From: Chiloscyllium plagiosum
Lineage: Eukaryota
Direction: 5' to 3'
NCBI RefSeq assembly: GCF_004010195.1
Contig: NC_057718.1
Location: 8,414,494-8,478,493, forward strand
DNA: 64,000 nt
Made by a program: the position numbers and the translations under genes
Shown: piece by piece, positions 51,479-63,010 of the stretch
Layout of the letters: every line of letters begins with the position of its first letter
How positions within the stretch are numbered: the first letter of the stretch is position 1
The notes under the pieces: model-generated
The model's database searches: none
What the model saw: the letters and a program-made list of their open reading frames with translations, nothing else
What the model was told of the DNA's origin: nothing

Positions 51479-54049
51479 GTAAGTGGGACATCTAGTCAGT
51501 TCCATCTGCAATTGTCTAGTGTTGACTTTATCAGACACTTTCTGTTTGTTTTGTATATATGTATCTACCTGTCTTCTGGTCTATCAATCTATTAACTTAC
51601 CAAATTCCCCTTCTATCTGTTGGTGTATTCTTCTAGATATTCATCCCAGTTATAATAAAATGAAGATAATTGAATGCAGTAATCCATTTTTAGTAAATAG
51701 TAGCTCTAAGCACTCAAAATTTGAAAAGAAATGGAATTTGTAAGAAAGCAGACAAATTACATCCTTTCAGAGAGATTGAGGCACTTCAGTTTCTTTACCA
51801 GGGTGAAGGGATTTTTTTTTCTAATAGACAACCCTCAAATGTATGGAATGATCTTTACATTCATCACATTGGGAGCTTCAATGATGAAAGAAATAATGTT
51901 CTCATATTCCTTGCTATCACTCCCCTCCCCCCCCCCCCCCAAACCTCTCAAGCTGTCTGTATGATACAATTAGAACAAAGATAGTGGACATGGAATGACA
52001 GTACAATCTAAAATCCCATGCAGTACAGCAGTGCAAAGTTTGAATAATTGACCTTTCTCATAGGATGTGCATTCATTGGTTGAAAAATATATGAATACTA
52101 GCTATTATAATTGTTAAAAGATAAATACATTGTGGCATGGCAATTGCCTCACTCAGTTAGTATGAAAAAGGGCTTATGCCCGAAACGTCAATTCTCCTGT
52201 TCCCTGGATGCTGCCTGACCTGCTGCGCTTCTCCAGCAACACATTTTCAGCTCTGATCTCCAGCATCTGCAGACCTCACTTTCTCCTCACTCAGTTAGTA
52301 GAACCTCTAAAGAACTCAGAAAGAAGTTCTGAAGAATGGTTACTGGTCTTGAAATATTAATTCCATTTTCTCTCAATGTGGAGGTGCCAGTGTTAGACTG
52401 GAGTTGACAAAGTCAGAAGTCACATGACACCAGTTTAAAGTCCATCAGGTTGATTTAACATCACACGCTTTAGTTGCTATTCCGCTATTGACACCTCACT
52501 CACACTGTTTGACACTTTTGATCACCTCCAAAGACTTGTTATCCAGCCTGTTGACACTCCCCTCACACCATTTGTACTATCATTTGATGCTCTTAATGAC
52601 CTGGAATTACTTTGCAATGATCTCTCAGCCTGTAAATCCTCTGACTATGCCCTTCCATCCACTTCACCTGATGAAGGAGCACCATTTCAAAAGCTTTCGA
52701 TTTCAAATAAAATCTATTGGACTATAACTTGGTGTCATGTGACCTCTGACTGTTTTCTCTCAACAGATGCTGCCAGACCTGCAGAGTTTCTCCAGCCCTT
52801 TCTGTTTTCATTTTGGGAAAAAAAGGCAGTTTCATTATGTACCCTCTGCAGGAGTATATGGGTGGGGGGAGGGGGTCATTGCAACATGAAATGTTAACCC
52901 TGCAATTTTGCAGATGCTGTCTGACCTGATGAGCATTTCCAGCTTTTTCTATTTTTATTGTCAACTTTCTGTTCCAAAGCCTTTTCAAATCCTACTCCTG
53001 TAACTATGCTTTTGGTCACCTCTAAACATATTTTTATTAATAAGAAGCTTTACTGCTGCCTATTAAAGATCTGGGGACATTTAATTGCAATCGCAGCATG
53101 ATATAAATGCAAGTTGCATATCTTCACATGTGCAATAAATATTCAGTAGATGCCCCACTGGGACACCAGGTGTATTTGTGCCAGTATGTTGTTCTGTCAT
53201 ATCTCTAACAGCACTTTGTAATATACTCATCACATTGTTAAGATAAATTCCCCATTTTTGCGTTCTTCCTCCATTCTTTGAGATGTTGATTCATCTGTCA
53301 GCTCCTCTCGTGCAATTATTCTGCATAAGCATCACCTCCAAAAGCCCTAGGCTATTTGAATATAGGAAGCTCCTTGCAAACAAACCTAATTCAAACCATC
53401 AAACACTGGAAGGGAATCTACTATCCTTACCCATTCTGAAATAAAGTGTCTTCAAGCTTCTAGCAATGTGATAGAAACTTAAGTGACTTGTGAAATCGTC
53501 TGGAACTCATTCAGCTCTATTGAAAATAAAAGATATCTTATCACTATCTTGTCAAGGGAAATTAGGAATGGCACAATAAGTGCTGATTTTTCTGTGATGC
53601 CCAAATGTGACATTTAAACTTAAAAAAGTGCATGTATTCATTGAACTGGGTGGGGTGAGGGGAGGGGGTGCTTTGTGGGTTGTGGTGCTTTGCTGACACC
53701 ATTGTTCCATGCAGTACAATTGACAGCTAGGTCTAGAGGACACCATCTTTATACATTGCAACGATACTCTTTTCAAAGCTTAGCCAGTAGCTTTGTGGAT
53801 TAGATATCCCTATCAACCAAAACAGTGAACAAATCCTTTGTGCATTTATGTGACATTCCTCTGGTGCATTTAAGGGCAAATGAAGTAAGCACACATGGAA
53901 GGATGGAAAGATGGAAATTCTGATCGGGTTAAATGGAGAAGAGGTGGGTGTAAGTTGTGGGAAGCATAAACACATGAATGTATTGAACTGAATGGCTTTT
54001 TTGTGATCAGTTCATTGATTTTACATAATATCAAGTGAGATCTTTGATT

Positions 54050-54590
54050 TGTTTTGATTTATTGTTGTCACATGTACCAACATACAGTAGAAAATGTTTG
54101 TGTGCTGTACAGGCAGACTGTATCATACAAAGTGCATCAGAATAGCAGAACAGAGTGCAGAATACAATGTCACAGCCACAGAGAAGGTGCAGGGAGAGGT
54201 CAACATGAACATTTGAGAGATCTGTTCAGAAGTCTGATAATGGGGGAACAAAGCTGTTCTTGACTCATAAGAGAGTATAACTGGGGTGGGAGGGGTCTTT
54301 AATTATGTTGATTGCTTTCCTAAAGCAACAGGAAGTATAGATGGGGTGAATGGGTGGGAGGCTGGTTTATGTAATTGACTGGGCTGTGTTCGCGGTTCTC
54401 TGTAGTTTCCTGCAGTCTTGGGAAGGGCAGTTGGCATACTATGCTGTTATGCATCCAGATAGAATGCTTTCTATGGTGCACCTATAAAAGTTGGTAAGGG
54501 TGTTGGTTGATCAGCTGAATTTCCTTAGCCTCCTGTGCAATAGAGATGCTGTTGGGCTTTCTTGACCATCATGTTAACGTGAGTGGACCA
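54050..54590 (-). mobile_element. Rex1/Babar-like LINE 3' fragment (continues at 55066-55085)
   Basis: Minus strand ITNNLSWS|THVNMMVKKAQQHLY..RRLRKF, split by the Penelope insertion. Confidence 0.65.
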
Positions 54591-54591
54591 G

Positions 54592-55066
54592 GCAAAAGTG
54601 GGTACTGCAGATGCTGGAAATCTGAGTCTAGATTAGAGTGGTGCTGGAAAAACACAGCAGGTCAGGCAGCATCCGAGGAGCAGGAAAATTGACTTTTCGG
54701 GCAAATGGGCTTTCTTGACCATCATGCTAATGTGAGTGGACCAGGCAAAAGTGGGTACTGCAGATGCTGGAAATCAGAGTCTAGATTAGAGTGGTGCTGG
54801 AAAGACACAGCAGGTCGGGCAGCATCTGAGGAGCAGGAAAATTGACTTTTCGGGCAAAATGGAGTGGATGGGTGGGAAGGAAGATTGACAGGTGGGACAA
54901 GTCATGGGGCGGTGCTGAGCTGCAAGGTTGGAACTGGAGTAAAGTGGGGGAGGGGAAATGAGGAAACTGGTGAAGTCCACATTGATGCCCTGGGGTTGAA
55001 CTTCCGAAGTCCACATTGATGCCCTGGGGTTGAAGTGTTCCGGGGTGGAAGGTGAGGGGACCAAGA
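54592..55066 (-). mobile_element. Penelope-like family A fragment with a duplicated terminus
   Basis: QPQGINVDFTSF tail plus two copies of the terminal repeat. Confidence 0.75.
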
Positions 55067-55949
55067 CAGATTGTTGGTGATCAAGAGGACAGAAACATCA
55101 GGCTAGCACTCTGAGGCTGTTGTGCAATATCATAGTTACAATTTCCAACTGTTTATGCTTAAAGTACCCTCCTGCTTTGAGGAATGAATGAATCTGTGAT
55201 GAAAGTGCATATTATTTATTTGCTTGCAGCTTGGTTTTCTCATTACATTCCCTCTGCCTTTAATACACAAACAGCAACATATTCACTCTGTTGCTTCCTT
55301 TTGCACTTTTCTCAATTGTAATATGGAGTGTTTGCTTATCTTTCTAACAAACTTGTCCTTATTACATGACTTTGTTACCTCAAGAATTAATTATTCCAAC
55401 ACATTCTTGAATGAACTTCCACATTTTAGCTTCCATAAATTTGAAGGTATCCATAAACCTACTCAAATCCTAACTCACACCAATTCACATTCACCTACAC
55501 CCTGACACTTGCTAATCTATATTGGCTAGGTGAAAGTGAGTACTGCAGATGCTGGCAATAAGAGTCGAGAGTGTGATACTGGAAAAGCACAGCAGGTCAG
55601 GCAGCATCCAAGGAGCAGGAAAAATGACATTTCGTGCAAAAGCCCTTCATCAGGAATCTATATTGGCTGTTAGCTCACTAGTGTCCCTTCAGTGGGGAGG
55701 TGATGACCTTGTGGTGTTACCTCTGGAGTGTTAATCCTGAGACCCAGGTAACATCGTGAGGACCTGGATTCAAATCCCATGATGGTAGAATTTGAATTCA
55801 TTTTTTTTTAAGAAATGGAATTAAGAGTTTAATGATCACCACAAAATGAATATTGGAGAGAAAAGACCATTTAGTTCACTAATGTCCTTTAGAGAGGGAA
55901 ACTGCCTTCCTTACCAGGTCTGGCCTTCATGTGACTCCAGACCCATGTC

Positions 55950-58690
55950 AAAAATTGCAAAAATGATTCTAGATAGGAGCAAAAGTAACAGGGTAGTTAT
56001 GGGGGACTTTTAACTTTCCAAATATTGACTGGAAATGCTATAGTTTGAGTATTTCAGATAGGTCAGTTTTTGTCCAATATGTGCAAGAGAGTTTCCTGAC
56101 CCAATATGTAGATAGGCCAACATGAGGCAAAATCATATTGGATTTGGTACTGGATAATCAACCAGGCCAGGTGTTAGATTTGGAAGTAGGTAAGCACTTT
56201 GGTGATAATGACCACAATTCAGTTATGTTTACTTTAGCGATGGCAAGGATTAGGTGTACAGCAGGGCAAGAGTTACAGCTGGGGGAAAGGCAATTATGAG
56301 GCAATTAGGCAAGATTTAGGATGCATAAGATGGGGAAGGAAACTACAGGGAATGGGCACAATTGAAATGTGGAGCTTGTTCAAGGAACAGCTACTGCATG
56401 TTTTTCTCTCCACGCTTCAGGCTCACTGCCTTTATTCCTGATGAAGGGCTTTTGCCTGAAACGTCGATTTCAAAGCTCCTTGGATGCTGCCTGAACTGCT
56501 GTGCTCTTCCAGCACCACTAATCCAGATACTGCATGTCTTTGATAAGTATGTACCTGTCAGGTAGGGAGGAAGTGGTCGAGCAAGGGAACTGTGGTTTAC
56601 TAAGGAAGTTGACTCTCTTGTCAAGAGGAAGTAGGAGACTTATGTTAAGATGAGACGTGAAGGCTCAGTTAGGGTGCTTGAGAGATACAAGTTAGCCAGG
56701 AAAGACCTAAAGTGAGAGCTAAGAAGAGCCAGGAAAGGACATGAGAAGTCTTTGGCAGGTAGGATCAAGGAAAACCCTGAAGCTTTCTATAAAAATGTCA
56801 GGAATAAAAGAATGACGAGAGTAAGATTAGGGCCAGTCAAGGACAGTAGTGGGAAGTTGTGTGTGGAGTCCAAAGAGATAGGAGAGAGGCTAAATAAATA
56901 TTTTTCGTCAGAATTCACATTGGAAAAAGACAATGTTGTCGAGGAGAATACTGAGACACAGGCTACGAGACGAGTCGGGATTGAGGTTCACAATTTTGGA
57001 ACTTGTCAAAATAGATAAATGCCTGGACTGGATGGGATTTATCCTAGGATTTTCTGGGAAGCTAGGGACAAGATTGCAGAGTCTTTGACTTTGATCTTTA
57101 CGTTGTCATTGTCCACAGGAATAGTGCCAAAAGACTTGAGGATAGCAAAGGTTGTTTCCTTGTTCAAGAAGGGGAGTAGAGACAACCCTGGTAATTATAG
57201 ACCAGTGAGCCTTACTTCGTTGTGGGTAAAGTGTTGGAATGGATTATAAGAGGTAGGATTTATAATCATCTAGAAAGGAATAATTTGATCAGTGATAGTC
57301 AACATGGTTTTGTGAAGGGTAGGTCGTGCCTCACACACCTTGTTGAGTTCTTTAAGAAGATGACCAAACAGTTGGCAAGGGCAAAGTGTTGATGTGGTGG
57401 ATTTGGATTTCAGTAAAGCATTTGATAAAGTTCCCCATGGTGAGCTATTGCAGAAAATACGGAAGCATAGGATTAAGGGTGATTTAACGGTTTGGATCAG
57501 AAATTGGTTAGCTGTAAGAAGACAGAGGGTGGTTGTTGATGGAAAATGTTTATCCTGGAGTTCAGTTACTATTGGTGCACTGTAAGGATCTGTTTTGGGG
57601 CCACTGCTGTTTGTCATTTTTATAAATGACCTGGACGAAGGTGCAGAAGGTTGGGTTAGTAAATTTGCGGATGACACTTAAGTCAGTGGAGTTATAGATA
57701 GTGCTGAAGGATGCTGCAGGTTACCGAGGAACATAAATAAGCTACAGAGCTGGCCTGAGAGGTGGCAAATGGAGCTTATTGTGGAAAAGTGTGAGGTGAT
57801 TCACTTTGGAAGGAGTAACAAGAATGTAGAGTACTGGGCTAATGGTAAGATCTTTGGTAGTGTGGATGAGCAGAGAGATCTCAGTGTCCATGTGCATAGA
57901 TCCCTGAAAGTTGCCATCCAAGTTGATAGAGCTGTTAAGAAGGCATACAGAGTATTCGGTTTTATTGAAAAGGAATTGAGTTTTGGAGCCATGAGATCAT
58001 GTTGCAGCTGTACAAAATACTGGTGCAGCTGCATTTGGAGTATTGTACAGTTCTGGTCGCAGCATTATAGGAAGGATGGGGAAGCATTGGAAAGAGTGCA
58101 GAGGAGATTTACCAGAATGTTGCCTGGTATGGAGAGATGGTCTTATGAGGAAAGGCTGAGGGCTTTGAGGCTGTTTTCATTGGAGAGAAGAAGGTTGAGA
58201 GGTTATTTAATCGAGACATACAAGATGATCAGAGGATTAGATAAGGTGGACTGTGAGAGCCTTTTTCTTCAGATGGTGATGAAAATGTGTTGCTGGAAAA
58301 GCGCAGCAGGTCAGACAGCATCCAAGGAGCAGGAGAATCGATATTTCAGGCATATTTTCAGCTCTGATCTCCAGCATCTGCAGTCCTCACTTTCTTCAGA
58401 TAGTGATGGCTAGCACGAGGGGACATAGCTTTAAATTGAGGGGTGATGGACATAGGACAGATATCAGAGGAAGTTCTTTACTCAAAGAGTAGTAGGGGTA
58501 TGGAACGCGCTGCCTACAACGTAGTAGACTCACCAATTTTAAGGGCATTTAAATGATCATTGGATAAACATGTGGACGATAATGGAATAGTGTAAGTTCA
58601 ATGAGCTTTAGATTTGTTTCACAGGTAGGTGCAACTTTGGGGGCCGAATGACCTGTACTGCACTGAAATGTTCCATGGTCTATGTTTTAT
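55950..58690 (+). mobile_element. 5'-truncated CR1 LINE (~2.7 kb, endonuclease tail plus RT) inserted into a SINE
   Basis: GDFNFPNIDW, PGLDGIYPR, NYRPVSLTS, DFSKAFDKVPH, KFADDT. ATGTCA is duplicated at 55945 and 58689, with SINE halves on either side. Confidence 0.92.
56434..56470 (+). ncRNA. Minimal hammerhead ribozyme motif (family A), sense strand of NMBR intron 1
   Basis: attc-CTGATGA-a-gggc-tttt-gcct-GAAAC-GTC-ga. Confidence 0.65.
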
Positions 58691-59743
58691 GTCAGTGATT
58701 GATTCATAACTCTCCTATGGGCAATAAATGCTGGCTCAGCCAGTGATGCCCACACCCCATGAATGAATTAAAATGCTCATCATGATTTTCACATTCCTCC
58801 ATGACCTGACCTGCGTTATCTCTGTAATCTTCTCCAATCACGCAATCTTCTAGAATCTAAGACTGGCATTTTGAGTATCTCCAATTTTAATGACTGGACA
58901 ACTTGCAACTATGCCTCAGCTTCCCTAACTCACCCGACATCCCCTCCCAAACACACCCAAACCTCTGCACCTCCCTTATTTCACTCTTCTTATTGTAGAA
59001 ACTCTGAGCTCTAAAACCTATCTATTTAACCAGTCCCTCCCAACTTCGTATTATGTAGTTTGGCATTAAATTTCCCATTGCAACATTCTTGTGTGATTTT
59101 TCATTGATGGCATTCTAAAGTCAGTTGTTATTGTAGAAACTGTGATCATTAGTGTTTACGCATTCTTACTGTTGAAGATGTTGTAAATGTGATCTGCTGA
59201 TTTTGTTTTAGCCCTAATGTCTCATGTTTTGCACCCTATTGTTATAATACTTTGTGGATTCTCTGTTTGTTGACATGCAGTGGCAACTAGCATTGACACA
59301 GGGTTAGTTTCTGCACACATTCAGTGATAACACTCAGCTTTACCCCTCCATCACTGCTCAGGATTATAAAGCCACTTCCACCAATACTGACAACTTGTTG
59401 TGTTAGGAAACTAGAAGAATCTTATCTTGCCTGTTTCAAGCCTCTACACCACAATACCAGTGCAAACTTCATTTATCAGCATAAACTGTTGAAAATTTCC
59501 TCTGCATGGGGTTCCCTGTACAAATACATCTTTTGTTTTAAAAGATAGATTGTTGAAAATAGGTGGAAGCCAGGAACCTGTTTAGCTATGTTTGTGCTGT
59601 AATTGCGGCACATGTCATTGTGTCTAGATATCATAGAATCCCTACCATGTGGATACAGGCCATTTGGCCCAACCATTCCACACTGACCCTCCGGAGAGTA
59701 TTCCACCCCCAGACCCATTTCTCTACCCTAATACTCTACATTT

Positions 59744-60128
59744 TGCATGCAATTCTGGTCTCCTTCCTATTGGAAAGATGTTGTGAAACTTGAAAGGGTT
59801 CAGAAAAGATTTACAAGGATGTTGCCAGGGTTGGAGGGTTTGAGCTGTATGGAGAGGCTAAATAGGCTGGGGCTGTTGTCTCTGGAGCATTGGAGGCTAA
59901 GGGGTGACCTTATAGAGGTTTATAAAATCATGAGGGGCATGGATAGACAAGATATTTTCCCTTGGGTGAGTGAGTCCAGAACTAGAGGGCATAGGTTTAG
60001 GGTGAGAGGGGAAAGATATAAAAGAGACCTAAGGGGCAACTTTTTCACACAGAGAGTGATGCATGTATGGAATGAGCTGCCAGAGGAAGTGGTGGAGGCT
60101 GGTACAATTACAACATTTAAGAGGCATT
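59744..60128 (+). mobile_element. CR1 fragment nested in an antisense HE1-like SINE
   Basis: ORF 59747: QFWSPSYWKDVVKLERVQKRFTRMLPGL; SINE tail at 59634-59740 and SINE head at 60129-60305. Confidence 0.85.
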
Positions 60129-60286
60129 TACCTGACCTGCACATCTTTAGACTGTGGGAGGGAACCATGGCAACCGGAGGAAACCCACACAGACACGGGG
60201 AGAATGTGCAAACTCCACACAGACAGTCACCTGAGGCTGGAATTGAACCCGGGTGTCTGGCAATGTGAGGCAGCATGGCTAACCAC

Positions 60287-60420
60287 TGAGCCACCATGCA
60301 CGCCCATGAGCCACCGTGCTGTCCCCTGAGCCACCATCCCGTCTCCTGAACCACTGTCCCACCCAAATGAACCACTGTGATACCCCCTGAGTCATCGTGC
60401 CACCCCCTGAGCCACTGTAC
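60287..60420 (+). repeat. ~6.5 x 20 bp minisatellite derived from a SINE head
   Basis: TGAGCCACCGTGCTGTCCCC-like units start at 60287, 60307, 60327, 60347, 60368, 60388 and 60408. Confidence 0.85.
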
Positions 60421-62134
60421 AACCTCTTATGTCATCTTGTTCATTCTTCAAGATGAAAGTGACCATTCTCAGCATGGGTGGCTTTGGTAAGGGCCTGGGG
60501 ATGCATTGGTGACTGATAGGGCTGGTCAATTCTTGGATGTTTCTCTGGCAAATAGTACAGGCTGTCACAGAGTTTAGGAGAAGATGTGGATTGGCTCCTG
60601 TTGTCTTCTCTCTCTGCGTGTGGCATGCATTTCCTTTTGCAGGAGGCTGCACTGTATTTTTATTTCAGTCACATTAAGTGCAGCAAGTGTGCATGAGTTT
60701 CTCTCAGGATTTGCGATCAATATCAATTCTCTTTCATGAAGCATAGAGAGTTCCCCTGTAATTTTTTTTTTCCTTCGATAGCCATGACAACACACCCCTG
60801 ACTTCAATCTCCCCACTGAAGATACACTTTGGTCAGCATCCTAGCTATGTTGCGATTGCGGGTGCTTGGTGTGCTAGCTCACCTGAACACCTCAGTGCCT
60901 AGCAGTATCTGTGGAGAAAAAGTAGAGATGACATTTTGATTCAAGTGACCCTTCTTCAGAACTGCAATCTGGACTCAAAACATTGACTCTACCTTTTCTC
61001 CAAAGGTGCTGCCAGACCTGATGAGTTTCTCCAGCAATTTCTGTTCCTGTTTCAGATATCCAGCACCTACAGCTTTTTGTTGTATTTATTTCAGTGTCTG
61101 GTGTTTGTCCTGTGAAAGATGCCAGAGGAGGAGAGAGTTTCACACCAGTTCCATTTCCATCAAACATGTTTGCTCTTGCTTTCAAACTAATGCATTGTTA
61201 CTGAATCAAGTGAGGGTTTTCGAGGGATACTGTAGCAGTGAATAGACTAGACTGGAGTTTTGTTCTTACCTGCCCCTGCCATTATGTTTCTTAGAAGTAA
61301 ATTTGTTGTGCAAAAAATTCATTAACTGCTGAGTTCAGGGATCTTCCTGTCTAACTGATAAAGCTTTAATTTTTGTGGAATACAGAATATGGACTGCAGC
61401 TGTGAGTATCTGCTGCTTTCCTGGAAACTGATAAACTGATTTATTTTGCCAGATGTCATGTCATGTTGTTTATTCATTCTGATGTGTGTGTGTGTCAGGG
61501 AGAGAGAGGGAGAAATAATCAAGGTGTATTTCAATCCTCCATGATTTGGGAGATGCCGGTGTTGGACTGGGGTGTACAAAGTTAAAAATCACACAACACC
61601 AGGTTGTAGTCCAACAGGTTTATTCGGTAGTACTTTCAAATAAATCTGTTGGACTGTAATCTGAAATTGTGTGATTTTTAACTCAATGATCCATAAGAGG
61701 GAAGGCAGAACAAACCAAGGGACCCGTTTCTCATCATTGTGGAGTTGAGTTAACCTGAAGTGAGACTTTACAATGAAGCTTGTCTGCGGAGGTAGATGAA
61801 GATCCCAGATATGATCAATACCTCAACATTTCTACCCTCACCCAATCGGCCTATACTTTCAACAGGACTCAGACATTAACTAATCTGTCCCTTGGTGCAA
61901 TTTTAATTTTTAACAAGTTTCAGGCTGGTATTTCTGCAGTCTTCTCATCAACTGCCTTCTGCATTCAGGGATGTGGAATATATTGTACTGATGATTTGAC
62001 ATTATGTTTCTGTCATTAACGTTTATTATACAGTTCATATAAACAGAGAAATGTGAAAAGTGCAGGGGGCTGCTTACTTCCTCTCATCTATACTCACTCT
62101 TCAGATTTATTGATTGGAGTCATACTTAGCACAG

Positions 62135-63010
62135 ATGTTGTGGTTGTTGGAGGCTAATCACTTCTACTCCAGGACATCTCTGTCAGAGTTTCTCAGAGTT
62201 CTGTCCTAAGTCCAACCACCTTCAGTTTATTCACCAAGGACCTTTTACCCTGTCATATGGTCAGATATGGGGATGTTTATCAATGACCGCACGGTGATCA
62301 GAATTTGTGACTCCTCAGATACTGAAGAAATTCAGCTCCAAATACAGAAATACCTGGGAAACATCCAGGCTTGGGCTTACAGTTGACTTATAACATTTCT
62401 ACTATACAAGTGCTGGGCGATGACCACCTCCAACAAAAAAGATTCCAACCATCACCCCTTGACATTCAATGATATTATCATCGCTGAACTATCAACATCC
62501 TGGAGTTGCTATTGAATTGAAACTGAATTGGTATATCATATAACTACAGATATTATAAGGGGAGGTCAGAGGCTAGGAATCCTGCAGTGAGTAGCTCACC
62601 TCCTGACTCCCTAAACCTTGCCCACCATCTACAAGGCACAAGTCAGGAGTATGATGGAATACTCCCCACTTGACTGGATGGGTGCAGCTCCAATGACACT
62701 CGAGAAACGAGACACCATCCGGGAAAAAATAGCCCATTTTCATGACACCCCATCCACCAACCTAAGTATTCACATCCTCTACCACCGATGCACAATAACA
62801 ACACTGTGTACTAAATATGATGTGGGCTGCAGGAACTCATCAAGGGTCTTCAAGAGCACTTCTCAAACCCACAACCTCTACCCTCTAGGAGAACAAAAGA
62901 ATAATTACACCAGATGGATTGCATTGGTTCAAGAATTAGTTCACCATCTTCCCAAGGAACTTCTGAATGCTGATTAAGGATGAGCAATAGCTGGCCATCC
63001 CAGCAATATC
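62135..63010 (+). mobile_element. Degraded L2/CR1-clade LINE, RT to 3' end
   Basis: TIYKAQVRSMMEYSPLDWMGAAP and a decayed VPQGSVLGP-like region; tail shared with the second SINE family. Confidence 0.7.
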
